A stretch of 64,000 nucleotides of DNA. It comes from Lama glama. Its lineage: Eukaryota. The stretch is taken from NCBI GenBank assembly GCA_028534125.1, contig CM052817.1, forward strand, positions 59,212,001-59,276,000. Reading direction: 5' to 3'. The position numbers were made by a program, and so were the translations under genes. Positions 27,548 through 40,729 of this stretch are shown piece after piece. Numbering within the stretch: the first letter of the stretch is position 1; every line of letters begins with the position of its first letter. The notes beneath the pieces were generated by a model. The model did not search any database, was not told the origin of the DNA, and worked only from the letters and a program-made list of their open reading frames with translations.

Positions 27548-28658
27548 TTTTTTTAACATTTTTTATTGATTTATAATCATTTTACAATGTTGTGTCAAAT
27601 TCCAGTGTTCAGCACAATTTTTCAGTCATTCATGGACATATACACACTCATTGCCACCTTTTTTTCTCTGTGATTTATCATAACATTTTGTGTATATTTC
27701 CCTGTGCTATACAGTGTAATCTTGTTTATCTATTCTACAATTTTGAAATCCCAGTCTATCACTTCCCACCCTCTACCTCCCTGGTAACGAAAAGTCTGTA
27801 TTCTCTGTCCATGAGTCTTTAGATTCCACATATGAGCGATCTCATATGGTATTTTTCTTTCTCTTTCTGGCTTACTTCACTTAGAATGACATTCTCTAGG
27901 AGCATCCATGTTGCTGCAAATGGCATTATGTTGTCGGTTTTTATGGCTGAGTAGTATTCCATTGTATAAATATACCACCTCTTCTTTATCCAGTCACCTG
28001 TTGATGGACATTTAGGNNNNNNNNNNNNNNNNNNNNNNNNNNNNNNNNNNNNNNNNNNNNNNNNNNNNNNNNNNNNNNNNNNNNNNNNNNNNNNNNNNNN
28101 NNNNNNNNNNNNNNNNNNNNNNNNNNNNNNNNNNNNNNNNNNNNNNNNNNNNNNNNNNNNNNNNNNNNNNNNNNNNNNNNNNNNNNNNNNNNNNNNNNNN
28201 NNNNNNNNNNNNNNNNNNNNNNNNNNNNNNNNNNNNNNNNNNNNNNNNNNNNNNNNNNNNNNNNNNNNNNNNNNNNNNNNNNNNNNNNNNNNNNNNNNNN
28301 NNNNNNNNNNNNNNNNNNNNNNNNNNNNNNNNNNNNNNNNNNNNNNNNNNNNNNNNNNNNNNNNNNNNNNNNNNNNNNNNNNNNNNNNNNNNNNNNNNNN
28401 NNNNNNNNNNNNNNNNNNNNNNNNNNNNNNNNNNNNNNNNNNNNNNNNNNNNNNNNNNNNNNNNNNNNNNNNNNNNNNNNNNNNNNNNNNNNNNNNNNNN
28501 NNNNNNNNNNNNNNNNTGCAACTGATTTTTGAACGTTAATTTTGTAACCTGCTACCTTGCTGAATTCTTCAATCAGCTCTAGTAGCTTTTGTGTGGACCT
28601 TTTAGGGTTTTCTATATATAGTAACATGTCATCAGCATATAATGACACTTTTACCTCT
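27548..28658 (-). mobile_element. Young 5'-truncated LINE-1, antisense, nested in the ORF2 start of the host L1; spans the N gap
   Basis: T-rich tail and 3'UTR from 27548; minus-strand peptide [20 protein letters not shown]...[11 protein letters not shown]; perfect TSD TCAATAATCACTTTA at 27533-27547 and 28659-28673. Confidence 0.93.
28017..28516. other. Assembly gap (500 N)
   Basis: Run of exactly 500 N. Confidence 1.
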
Positions 28659-31600
28659 TCAATAATCACTTTAAATGTTAATGAACTAAATGTTCCAATC
28701 AAAAGACATAATGTGGCTGATTGGATAAAAAATAATACTCATCTATGGGTTGCTTACAAGAAACTCACTGAAGAGGTACATGCATATGCAGACTGAAAGT
28801 GAGAGGATGGAAAAAGATATTTCATGCAAATGGAAACAAGAAAGAGGGTAGCAATATTCATATCAGACATAATAGACGTTAAAACAAAGTCTATAACAAA
28901 AGAAAAATAAGGGTATTATTAAGAATAAAGGCATCAATACAAGAAGTGGATGTAACACTCACTAACATATAGGCACCTTATATACGAGCACCTAAATATA
29001 TAAGGCAAATATTAACAAACATAAAGGGAGAAATTGACAATAGTACAGTAATTATAGGGTTTTAACACTCCACTTACATCAGTGGGAAGATCATCCTGAC
29101 ACAAAATCAATAAGGAGAGAGTGGTCTTAAATGACACATTAGACCAACTGAACTTAACAGATAACTACAGGACATTCCATACAAAATTAGCAGAATACTC
29201 ATTTTTTTCAAGTGCATAGGGAATGTTTTCTGGGATAGATCACATGTTAGGCCACAAAAGTAGTTTCAATAAATTAAAGAGAATAGAAATTATATCAAGC
29301 ATCTTTTCTGACCAGTATGAAACTGGAAATCAATTGCAGGAAGGAAAATAGGAAAAACACAAACAGATTGAGATGAAACAGCATGCTACTAAAAAACAAA
29401 AACAAAAACAAAAAAAATCAATGGGTTAATTTGAAGAAATCAAAGAAGAAATCAGAAAATTTCTCAAGACAAATGAAAATAAAATTTCAACCTTCCAAAA
29501 TTTATACAACACAACAAAACATGTAAAATAGGGAAGTTCATAGTAATAGAGGGCCCCCCACCTCAAGAATCAAGAAACATTGTGAATAAACAACCTCACT
29601 AAGCTTTCTAATTTAAATAATTAGAAAAAGAACAAAGCCCAAAGTCAGCAGAAAGGTGTAAATAATAAAGATCAAAAAGGAATTATATAAAATAGAGACC
29701 CCTCGAAATAAACAATAGAAAAGATCAATGAAACCAAGAGATGGCTTTTGAAAAGATAAACAAAAGTGATAGGACTTTAGCCAGGCTCATCAAGAAGAAA
29801 AGAGAGGACCCAAATAAATGAAATAAGAAATGGAAGAATAGAAATTACAACCAGTGTCCCAAAAAATCTTAAGAGAATACTACAGTTATATGCCAGCAAA
29901 ATGAATAGCCTAGTAGAAATGGATAAATATCTAGAACCATACAGTCTTCAAAGACTGAATCAGAAAGAAATAGATGATGTGAACAGATCAAACACTAATA
30001 GTGAAATTAAATTTGTAAAAAAAAAAAAAGTTCCCATCAAACAAAAGTCCAGGGTTGGAAAACTTTACAGGGGAATTCTACCAAACATATAAAGAGCTAA
30101 TATCTATCCTTCTCAAACTATGCCCCCCCAAAATGAAAAGGGTGAAACACTCCCTAATTCATTCTACAAGGCCTCCATTACCCTGATACCAAAGCCAGAC
30201 AAAGACACTTCAAAAAAAAGAAAATTATAGGCCAATATTTATGATTAATATAGATGAAAAAATCCTCAATAAAATATTAGCAAACTGAATACAATATATA
30301 AAAATTAATAATTTTTATTAATTAAATGGGATTTATTCCAGAGGTACAAGAATGGTTCATTATCCCCAAAACAATATGATAAAGGTAACAAAATAAGGAG
30401 AAAACATCACATAATCATCTCAATTAACACAAGAAAAAGCATTTGAGAAAATTCAGCATTCATCCATGATAACAGCTCTAATTAAAGTTGGTATAGAGGG
30501 AACATATTTCAACATAGTAAAGGCCATTTATGACAAATTTACAGCTAACATTATATTCAACAATAAAAACATGAAAGATTTTCCCCTAAAGTCAGGAACA
30601 AGACAAGGATGCCAACTCTTGCCGCTTCTATTTATCATAATATTGGAAGTCATAGACACAGAAATTAGACAAGAAAAAGAAAGGCATTCAAATTGGAAAG
30701 GAAGAAGTAAAATTGTCACTATTTGCAGATAACATGATACTTTATACACAAACCCTAAAGTCTACCAAAAAACTATTAGAATTAAAAAATCTATTTTGCA
30801 AATTTGCATGATACAAGATTAATATACACAAATTGGTTGGTTTTCTATACACTAATAATGAACGACTAGAAAGAGAAAGTAAAAACACAATTCCATTTAA
30901 AATCATATCAAAGAGAGTAAAATAACTAGGAATAAACTTAACCAAGGACATGAAAGACCTATACTATGAAAACTATAAAATGCTGATGAAGTAAACTGAA
31001 GATGATATAAAAAATGGAAAGAAAACCTATGTTCATGGATTAGAATAATTATTATTGTTAACATGTGCATACTATCCAAAACAATTTTTAGATTTAATGC
31101 AATCCCTATCAAAATACCTATTACATTTTCCATGAAACTAGAATGAATAATCCTAAAACTTGTATGGAACCACAAAAATCCCAAATTGTGAAAGCAATCT
31201 TGAGAAAAAAGAACACAGCTGAAGCTATGACTCTCCTAATCTTCAGACTATACTACAAAGCTACAATAATCAAAACAGCATTGTGTTGGAACAAAAATAG
31301 ATACATAGATCAAAAGAACAAAGAGCCTCCCTCCCGAAAATATCTATGCATTTATGGTCAATTAATGTATGAAAAAGGGAGGCAGGAATATACAATGGTG
31401 AAAAGACTGTCTCTTCAATAATTGATGCTGGGAAATCTAGACAGCTATGCGTAAATGTATGAGATTAGACCATTTTCTTATAACATATGCAAAAATAAAG
31501 TTAAAATGGATTAAAGCTCTAAATTTAAGACCTGAAATCATAAAAGTAGAACAGAACACTCTTTGACATAAATCACAGCAATATTTTTTTTGCATCTGTC

Positions 31601-32714
31601 TCCCAAGACCAAAGAAAAGCAAAAATGAATGGTATCTAATTAAACTTAAAAGCTCTTGCACAGCGAAGGAAACCACTGACAAAATGAAAAGGCAATCTCC
31701 TGAATGGGGAAAATATTTGCAAATGATATGACTAATAAGGAATTAATATCCAAAATGTATAAACAACTTACACAACTCAGTATCAAAAACAACCTGATTT
31801 AAAAAATGGGCAGAAGACCTAAATAGACATTTTTCCAAAGAAGACATACAAATGGCCAATAGGCACATGAAAAAATGCTTATCACTAATCATCAGAAAAA
31901 TTCAAATCAAAACCACAGTGAGGTATCACTTCACACCTGTCAGAAATGGCTATCATCAAAAATTTCCAAAGACAAATGTTGGTGAGGATGTATAAAAAAG
32001 GGAACCCATCTACACTGTTGGTGGGAACGTAAATTGGTGCAGCCACTATGGAAAACAGTAGAGAGGATCCTAAAAAATCTTAAAATAGAAATACCATATG
32101 ATCCAGCAATTCCACTCCTGGGTATATATCTGAAGAAAATGGAAAAACCAATTTGAAAAGATACATGCATTCCAATGTTCACAGCAGCATAACTTTCAAT
32201 AGTCAAGATACAGAAGCAACCTAAGTGTCCATTAACAGATGAATGGATAAAGAAGAAATGGTATATATACACACACACACATATATAAGTATAAATATAC
32301 AAACATATACAAATACTATCCATAAAAAGAATGAAATTCTGACACTTGCAACAGAATGATGGACATGGAGGGTATTATGCTTAGTGAAGTAAGTCAGATA
32401 AAGGCAAATACTGTATGATATCACTGATATGTGGAATGTCAAAAATGAAACAAATATAGACTGGCAGATATAGAGAACAAATTACTGGTTACCAGAGGGG
32501 AGAGGGACGGGAGGATGGACAAGATAGGTGTGGGAAACTGAGAGGTACAAACTATTATGGATAAAATGAACTGCAAGGATATGCTATACAGCACAGGGTA
32601 TATTGCCAATATTTTATAATAGCTTTAAATGAAATATAGGCTACAAAAATATTGAATCATTCTATTGTACACCTGAAACTAATACTATAAATAAATCCTA
32701 CTTCAATTAAAAAA

Positions 32715-33512
32715 AAAAAGACAACTAACCCAATTTTTTTTAATGGGCAAATGTTTTGAACAGATTTTTCTCTAAGGAAGGAATACCAATGGTCAATAAG
32801 GATATGAACATACACTCATCATCATCATTAGTCATTGCTGAAATGCAAATCTAAACCCAATGAGATATTACTTTAAACTCACTAGGATGGCTATAATCAA
32901 AAAGACAGACAATAACAAGTGTTGATGAGGATGTGGAGAAACAGAAAGCCTCAGTTTGGCTGTTCCTTAAACAATTCAACATAGAGTTACCCAATGGCTT
33001 AGCATTTTTACTCTTACATATATACTCAAGATAATTAAAAACATATGTCCAAAAGAACTTGTACATTAATGTTCATAGCAGTATTATTCATGACTCCATA
33101 ATAATAGATCCTATGTCCATCAACTGACAAATGGATAAACAAATGCGGTATATCTATACAACAGAGTGTTATTCATCCATAAAAAGGAATGAAGTAGTGA
33201 CACATGCTGTATCACAGATAATCCTTGAAAATAATATGCTAACTGAAAGAAGCCAAATACAAAAGAGCACATATTGTAGGATTTAGTTTATATGAAATGT
33301 CCAGAATACACAAATCCATAGTGACAGGGTATAGATTAGTGGCTGCTAGGTACTGGGGATTTGTACAAATGGCGAGTAACTGCTAATGCATAGACTGTTA
33401 TGAAAATGTTCTGGAGTTAGTGATCATACAATTTTGTTAATATACTTAAAACATTGAATCATATACTTTAGAAGAATTAATTTCATGATATATGTATTAT
33501 ATATCAATAAAG
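32715..33512 (+). mobile_element. Old L1 (L1MB-like) 3' end, right half
   Basis: ACAACTAACCCAATTTTTTTTAATGGGCAAA...CACTAGGATGGCTATAATCAAAAAGACAGACAATAACAAGTGTTG...TATATCAATAAAG. Confidence 0.85.
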
Positions 33513-36500
33513 ATCATATGAGATAATGAAGACAAAGACATTTTAAGAAAAAACAAAAACAAAGCATAATGGAAAAATCTTAATAGAAAAGAAATCAAGT
33601 GAATATGCAATGCTTTACGCTATTTGCTTTTTGTCTTTTTTTAATCAATATGAAAGAAATTCCTGGCTCTTTCATATATTCTCTGTTCCCTCATATATAT
33701 AATGATGAATTATATATTATGAATGTCTAATGCTAATAAACCTTTTGAAATAAGAACCAGATTTATAATTCACTGTTGATTCTAAAGCCTAAAATAGACT
33801 ACATTTGTAGGGATAATTAAATGCAAGGGTATAATCTTTAGTTACAATGTATCATTACTTGTTAGTATAAAACTTTTCAAATAAATTTACTACATTATAA
33901 TTTCTGAGATTGGCCACTGAGAATGAATTTATGTTTTTCTTAAGAATCTAAAATCCCTGCCTTTAATTCCAAGTTTCTGCTCACAATTTGCCTCAAGTTT
34001 TCCCGTAATCCCTGCCAATGTATTCAATCAGTAAAACTTGGACTACTTTTACTGTTTGGCTTCTCATTGCATCTAGAAGGAAATAAACACAGATGATATT
34101 CCAGAAAGACTCTGTGCCCTGATCTCCTTTTATATTTGTTTTATGCTCACTGCTCTCAAGCCACTCTCCTCTTTGCTGGCTTTTATTTAGCCACATGGTT
34201 CTTCAGTTTTGCCTATAATAGATCCATGATTCTTACTTCTTCATTGAGTTTATGGCATTAGGCTAGTTGGATTAATCCATGGGAAAAAAACAAACCCATG
34301 GACTAGCTACCTGTGTGTGTAAGTTTGTCCTTCAAGGAAAGTGAAGACACTATCCTAATTATCTAATCCAGGAATGTATTTGTCATCTTGGCTCCCTGCC
34401 TCTGTGTCTCTCACAGGCTTAGTCAATCAGATTCCAAATTGATGTGCTCAGTGCATTTGGAGGTTTGAAGAGAGTGAAAGTCACATGGAACTGTCTTTGT
34501 AGAGAAGATGGTAAGATGCACGGAACGAGAGATATGACAGGCTGTTGATACTCTGGAGGAGCATGTGTCCAAGATTCAGAAAATGCTAAAACTGGCATCT
34601 AACAGACATGGTTTTTAACCTCCTAATTAAAACAGAGGTAAATAACTAACTGAAAAGGCTGTTGTGAGAAGGAAATCAGATCATATATTAAATAAGAAGA
34701 ACAAATCAGCACTGAAATGCAGGCACTGAACAGCGAGGAGGACTCTGACTGCTGGAGCAAGAACTAGTCGAGAGTAATTTTCATTTTGAAAAACTTTATG
34801 GTGTAGACATTCAGAATCACTCAAAAACAGCATAAACCCCACATGCTGAAAACACACATACACAAAGAGGTTCTGCTGAATATGTACTGCAACAAAATCA
34901 TTGAAGAGGTATGAATAAGACCATTTTCTGGTAGAAGAATACTTAAATGGTATTAAGAGTGGTTAATAACTACTCTATACGGGGGGAAGTTATTCCTGAG
35001 GCTGCATCCCTTCCGTGGTCCCGTGTGTCCCATGTGCATCATCAGCTTATCAGCAGCTGATTCCCACATGATTCGCACCCTGGTTTATCAGTAAGTGTTA
35101 AATAGGAAGAAAAGTATTATGCAGTTAAACTAAGTGTATTAAATTCTGATTTTGGTTCTGACAGATGAAATTGATATATCTCATGTATCTTTTGCAGATT
35201 TAGGGTCCCTGAGGTCACAGTTGACTTTTGTTTTAAAGTAGGACAAATGAATCAACAACCAAATCAAAGGTTTTGCCAAATGTAAACAAAGTGTTTATCT
35301 TGTACTTATAGTTCATTAAATGCTAAGAAAACAACCTGCCACATGTCATTGTACGGTCCTATGTGTACAAGAAATCAAAGGTTGCTCTTCATATGAAAAC
35401 CAGCAAAAATTTCAATATAAAAATAATTTTTAAATGACTAAAGCTCTATTATCCTATTCTAGAGACAAATTCTGCATGCCATTTGCTTTTCCTTCTTCAT
35501 ACCAAAAACACGGAGTGAGATGCACTTTAAGGCAAGTACTTACTTGATTTTATCAATGTGTGTTATGCCAACCTATCTTTTATAATTCTGTGCTTTTTCA
35601 AAGAACTAGAGAGGATGCTATGTTGTCTTGCAGTGCAGATATAAATGTGCGGTACGAATACATGGTACATTTACATTTTTGGATCCAAGCAAAGTTTTGT
35701 AGAGGTTTTTTTTTTTTTTCTGAACTTGGCTGTAAACAACACTCAAGTCCTATCCTGAGATGTGTTTTCCATTTTTTCTAATTCCCTATAGAACAAGCCT
35801 AGCAGTTACCACGTTTTCTCTAAATTTATATTATCTTTTTCTAAGGTGTACATTTAATAAACGGCTTGAATCTATACATATTTGGGGATAGTCAGCACTT
35901 TCCATTGTAAATTTGACCTTCCTCTTAAATTTGTCTTGCCGTCTTCATCCACCCAACATTCAACGAGTATCTACTCAGTGCCAGGCACTGCTCCAGTTGC
36001 TTGGAGTAGATCAGAGAAGAAAAAGATCTCTGCCCTTGGGGAACTTACATTCTAGTTAATGAGAAATAGTGAAAAAATAAGTCCAATAATAAAATTATAA
36101 TATATGTTAGAGGATGATAAATTCTATGGAGAAAAAAGCACAAGTAGAGCAGGGCAAGTGGATTTATGGGTTCTGGTGACAGAGTAGACGGAACAAACAT
36201 GGTATTAAATAGTGTGGTAAATAAAAGTGGGCCTCACTGAGAAGGTAAGACTGAGTGAAGACTTGAATTAGATGTGGGAGTTGGCCAAACAGCCCTTAGG
36301 GGCAAGAGCGCTCTAGGCACAGAGGAGAGTGGGAGCACAGTCCTGAATATGGGAGTTTGCCTGGGGGTTTTCAGGAAGTTCTCAGAGACCAATGTGGCTG
36401 CAGCACTTAGAGCTAGGGAAAGAGGAGGAGAAAAGGAAGGCAGAGCAGTAATGCGAGCCCAGTCACCTAAAGATTTAGAGGACATTTCAAGGACTTCAGA

Positions 36501-36560
36501 ATCTACCGTGAGGAAATGGCCAGCCATTGTAGTTTTTAGCAGAGGAGTGACATGAACTTA

Positions 36561-36859
36561 CAGTTCCTCCTGTAAATAATAACAAAGTCTGTGGTTGCTC
36601 ATGTTCTTTATATAAAATGGTGTATTTGCATATAACCTATACACATCCTCCAGTATACTTTATACCACCTCTAGATTGCTCATAATACTTAATGCTATGT
36701 AAACACTTGTAAATATAATATAAATGCTATGTAAATAATTGCCAGTGTGCAAATTCAAGTTTTGCTATTTGGAACTTCCTGGAATGTTTTTTCAAACAGT
36801 TTCAATCTGCAGTTGGTTGAATTTAAGGATGCACAACATTGGATATGGAGGGCAGACTA
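36561..36859 (+). mobile_element. MER2 (TcMar-Tigger MITE)
   Basis: TATATAAAATGGTGTATTTGCATATAACCTATACACATCCTCCAGTATACTTT...GTTGGTTGAATT...GGATATGGAGGGCAGACT, TA-flanked. Confidence 0.85.
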
Positions 36860-36881
36860 TACTTACATTTTAAGAAGATTA

Positions 36882-37260
36882 TGTCCTATTCAGTTAGGGC
36901 TGCTGAAACAAAATACCATAGACTGGGTGGTTTAAACAACAAACATTTATGACTTGCAGTTCTGGAGGCTGGAAAATCCAAAATTCAGAGGTCAACAGAT
37001 TTGGTGTCTGATGAGAGCCTGCTTCCTGGTGTGCAAATATCTACCTTCTTGTTGCATCCCCACATGGCAGAAAGAGGAAGCTCTGGTGTCTCTTCCTCTT
37101 CTTAAAAGGACACTAACTCTGACATGTGGGCTCTGCCCTCAGGACCTTTTCTAAACCTGATTATCCCCCAAAGGCCCCACCTCCAATACCATAAAATTGG
37201 AGATTAGGGCTTCCCCATGTGAATTGGGGGGGAAGGGGCACAAACATTAAGTCCAAAGCA
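36882..37260 (-). mobile_element. MLT1A-type MaLR solo LTR
   Basis: TG...CA termini, GGGCTGCTGAAACAAAATACCATAGACTGGGTGG, and a 5-bp TSD GATTA/GATTC (4/5). Confidence 0.88.
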
Positions 37261-39420
37261 GATTCTTTTCACTTCTCTACTAACACTAGACTGTAGTGGT
37301 AGCAAGGATAGATATATGAAGACAAGTAAGAAGGTTATTACGTTTTTCCTTTTTTTTTTTTTAAGGTATGAGATTATGCTGATTCTACCAAGGTAATTGA
37401 AATAGAAGGTGTATGAACTGGTCAAATTCTGAATTCACTTCATTGATGAAACCAATATAATTTCTTGGCAGTTCCTGATAAGTGAAATATGATTTCAAAG
37501 ACATAAATTTGAGAAACTGGAAGGATAGGGTTATAATTTAGGAGACAGGAGGTGGGGAGGCACAAGAGAAGCAGATTTAAGGGAAGGAGGTAGAAGAGGT
37601 AAAGCTATAGTTTGCTTTTGAAACTGAGGTTCCCTTAAATAAGTATTAGTATCAAGTAGGCAGCTGGATAGATGAATCAGAAGATCACAAAAGAGTTCAG
37701 GGTTATAGGTATAAACTTAGGAATTCCTACATTAGGTGATATATACAGATACAAAACTAAATGAGATCCACAAGTGGATGAATATAGATAAAAATAGTGG
37801 AGGAGCATGGAATGACTTCTGGTAAATTCCACATCAGAATATTAAGGACAAGAGAAGAAATTACCAAAGCAGACTGAGAAGGAACAATCAAAGAGGTAAG
37901 AGAAAAATTAAGAAAATATGACATCTGAAGCTGATGTCTGAAGTCTATCCTAAAAGAGAGTGAACATCTGCATTAAATGCTGCTTATAAGTCAAGTAGGA
38001 TGAGGTATAAAAATTGACCATTGGATTTAGAGTTGAGGTGTAGGCGACTTCAGCAAGAACAGTTCTAATAAATCTATAAACTTCATCCTACCCTCCTTAA
38101 CCCTGCCTACCCATCTTCAATTTATCTTCTTCCCATTATGATTACCAGTCATTAAATTTTCCTTGTGTTGCAAATTATAAAAGGATTATATGCTTGTTGA
38201 ATTAGTGAAACAATGATTTCATACCATTCCCATGCTAACTTATATAGAAAAAGTATAAAATTTTATTAACTTAAGGGTTAGGTTTTTTGTTTGCATTGAC
38301 AAAAATTGGTCATAATTACTGTGCTAGAGAAATACAGACTTGATTAGTTTTAATAGTTGCATTTACATCAGCTGATATGCCTGGACGATAATCTAATTTT
38401 TCTGACCTGAGACATTCAAGGATGTCGAGTTTTAGTCTCTATACATGATACCACAAAAATAAATATTTCTGTTCCAATATCCTGATAAAGCAGTGTTTTT
38501 GTTTCAACTGTATAGTTTCTCAAAAGTGCATTTCAGAGTCAAAAAGCATGCACATTCAAAACTTAATGACTATTGTACTCTTGCTACCAATTAATAAAAG
38601 TGCTTCTTTTCTTTATTAGCATTGGAGAATATTAGTTTTTTTTTTAAAGTATTTCTAATCTGAAAGATACTCTAATTGTTGCTGTAATTTGCATTTCTCT
38701 GAATGGCAATCAGGGCAAGCACCATACAATGTTAATAGCCTTCTGATTTTATCTTCTGTGAATTACCTGTTCTTTCCTTTCGTCCATCTAATTGTATTTT
38801 CCAGGAAATTACCTTTTTCTAATATATTTTTATAATTCCTTTTATCTCTTCCACATACGTAGTTACACCTCCTTTGTCAATTCTCGAACTGTATAATTTT
38901 GCTTTCACTTTTTTCCTTAATCAGGCTATCTCGGGATTGATTTACTATGTTAGTTGTTTCTAAGAAAGAGCTTTTTCTTTAATTTAGTGTTTGGTTGGTT
39001 GTCACAACAGGATGGTACTATGCTTGGCAGTAAAACAGATATAGTTAAGGAAGTAATGTTTCTTTAATGGCAAAAGAAATGGAAACTTAGTAAGATAATT
39101 ACTTAAATAGGAGACAACACAGCATGCTCACACATAGAGGTACAAGCTTATCCGTTTTTCCAAAACTCCCCCACAGAGGCATACAACTGCTCATGCGGGA
39201 GGAAATATCCTAAAAGTAAGGCTCTCTTTGCCACACTGAAGGAATTTTTCGTATCATCCTAGCTCCCTGACCTTCATCTCAGCATACTGAACTCTTCTGG
39301 AGATTGGGCACTGACTTTGTGACCTCCTGATAACCAGGTACAACTCAGGTGTCGACACATTCCCAAGTCTTGATTACATAACTGGGCTGAGAATTCTTCA
39401 AGTTTTCCCAGGTCTCATTA

Positions 39421-39473
39421 TTGTTTTTGTTTTTTGGGTTTTGTTCTGTTTTGTTTTGTTTTGTTTTGTTTTT
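39421..39473. repeat. (GTTTT)n simple repeat
   Basis: Imperfect pentanucleotide run read directly. Confidence 0.8.
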
Positions 39474-39639
39474 CAACTCTGATTTCTACTTCTCTTTCCT
39501 TTTGCTGTACGGGTAACAAAAAAAAATGTTGAATATATTTGTAGTAGTGACAGGTAACTTTCCCTCATATCTATTTGCTCACTTTTCCCCCTACTAACTA
39601 ATTAACAAAACAATGCTTTTAAAGGCTCAGCATGGTCTG

Positions 39640-40040
39640 TGATTATCTTTTTTCTCAGGTACATATGGCCATATGACTAAGTTCTCGCCAATGAAATGTA
39701 GTGAAAGTAAAAGTAATGTGTGCAATTTCAGCAACATCCTCTACTTTAAAGAAGCGTGTTTACCCTTTGTCTCCTGGCTTTCTACCTACCCATGGAGATA
39801 AATATGTATGTGGTGCTGGTCAGACAGCTTCAATCATGACGATGAAGGTCAGTCAGTCTACACAAGACCACAAAGCATAAGAAACAGAAATTTTGGTGGC
39901 TGCAACAGAAATGTTTTTTGACCTTGCACTGTCTATCTGCCTCTATGCAGTAAAGTAGAAAAAAAAAATCCGCAAAAACAAAAACACTCTGTCTTGTTTT
40001 GATCCACTGTATTTTGCAGTTCTTTCAAAATATCACAATA
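39640..40040 (+). mobile_element. Ancient ERVL LTR (LTR16/LTR33-like)
   Basis: GGCCATATGACTAAGTTCTCGCCAATGAAATGTAG...ATGTGTGCAATTTC and TTTGATCCACTGTATTTTG motifs. Confidence 0.55.
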
Positions 40041-40047
40041 GTCTAGC

Positions 40048-40282
40048 CAAAGGAGTGGCAATTTGTGTTCCATAAGAGGCCAGATAGTAAGTATGTTAAT
40101 ATGTTTACTTTTGCAGACCATATAGTCTTTGTTGTGACTACACTCTCTCCCCCAAATCTGCCCTGCTAGTGTGAAAGGAGACAAACAAAAGATAAATGGA
40201 TGAGCATAGCTGTGTTCCAAAAAAACATTAAAAAAAAGTGGCTGCTTAGATTTGGCTCATGGGTAGGGTTTGATGTCTCTTG
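40048..40282 (+). mobile_element. MER58A (hAT-Charlie MITE)
   Basis: GGCCAGATAGTAAGTAT...TTTGCAGACCATATAGTCT...GCATAGCTGTGTTCCAA...GATTTGGCTCATGG. Confidence 0.8.
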
Positions 40283-40400
40283 ACCCAGCCTATTATATAA
40301 CTGACACAATCTTTTTGATTTTGCATATATGCTTGAAAAAACTTTTGTGTGAATATACATTTGTTTTTAATTTACATAACTTATATGGCATAAAGATATA

Positions 40401-40603
40401 CATTTTTTATTGATGTATGTCAGGTACAATGTGTCAGTTTCTGGTGTACAGCACAATGTCCCAGTCATGCATATACATACATATATTTGTTTTCATATTT
40501 TTTCTTTAAACATTATTACAAGATACTGAACATAGTTCCCTGTGCTATACAGCAGAAACTTTTTAAAATCTATTTTTATATATAATGGCTAACATTTGTA
40601 AAT
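40401..40603 (-). mobile_element. Short lineage-specific L1 3'-end insertion (~200 bp)
   Basis: TTTCTGGTGTACAGCACAAT...ATAGTTCCCTGTGCTATACAG, related to the L1 3'UTR at 27548; TSD TAAAGATATA at 40391-40400 and 40604-40613. Confidence 0.82.
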
Positions 40604-40729
40604 TAAAGATATAATTTAAATAATGTGTTTCATATTGTATGTTTAAGATCAATAATATAATTTACAAATGCTGCTGATTACTTCTGATTGCTGCCTGGAT
40701 TTCCATTATAATAATTAATTAGGAGACGA

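Larger units (their letters stand above)
25001..32719 (+). mobile_element. Full-length decayed LINE-1 (5'UTR, ORF1, long inter-ORF spacer, ORF2, 3'UTR, poly-A)
   Basis: Starts GGAGAAGATTTAGATGGC. GC-richer 5'UTR to ~26155; ORF1 remnant ~26157-27037; ORF2 ATG at 27512 ([15 protein letters not shown] once the nested insert is removed); RT remnants in ORF 30466..30732; poly-A 32709-32719. Diverged TSD AAAAAGTCAGCTAATCTAA (24981-24999) / AAAAAGACAACTAACCCAA (32715-32733), 15/19 match. Confidence 0.93.
35945..38070 (-). mobile_element. LINE-2, interrupted by MER2 and MLT1A
   Basis: Reverse L2 tail (CATTCAACGAGTATCTACTCAGTGCCAGGCACTG, TGCCCTTGGGGAACTTACATTCTAG); body continues to TCAAGTAGGATGAGG...TGACCATTGGATTTAG. 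Confidence 0.8.

Noticed and set aside
27986..28702. 238-aa and 169-aa ORFs, the longest in the track
   Set aside because: Artefacts of reading through 500 N. The real part is L1 RT joined to antisense host-L1 sequence.
34276..34310. TCCATGGG...CCCATGGA inverted repeat
   Set aside because: An 8-bp stem is not clearly beyond chance in 64 kb.
35041..35061. AGCTTATCAG match to the miR-21 5' end within a short inverted repeat
   Set aside because: Only a 10-nt match and a 7-bp stem; no pre-miR-21 context.
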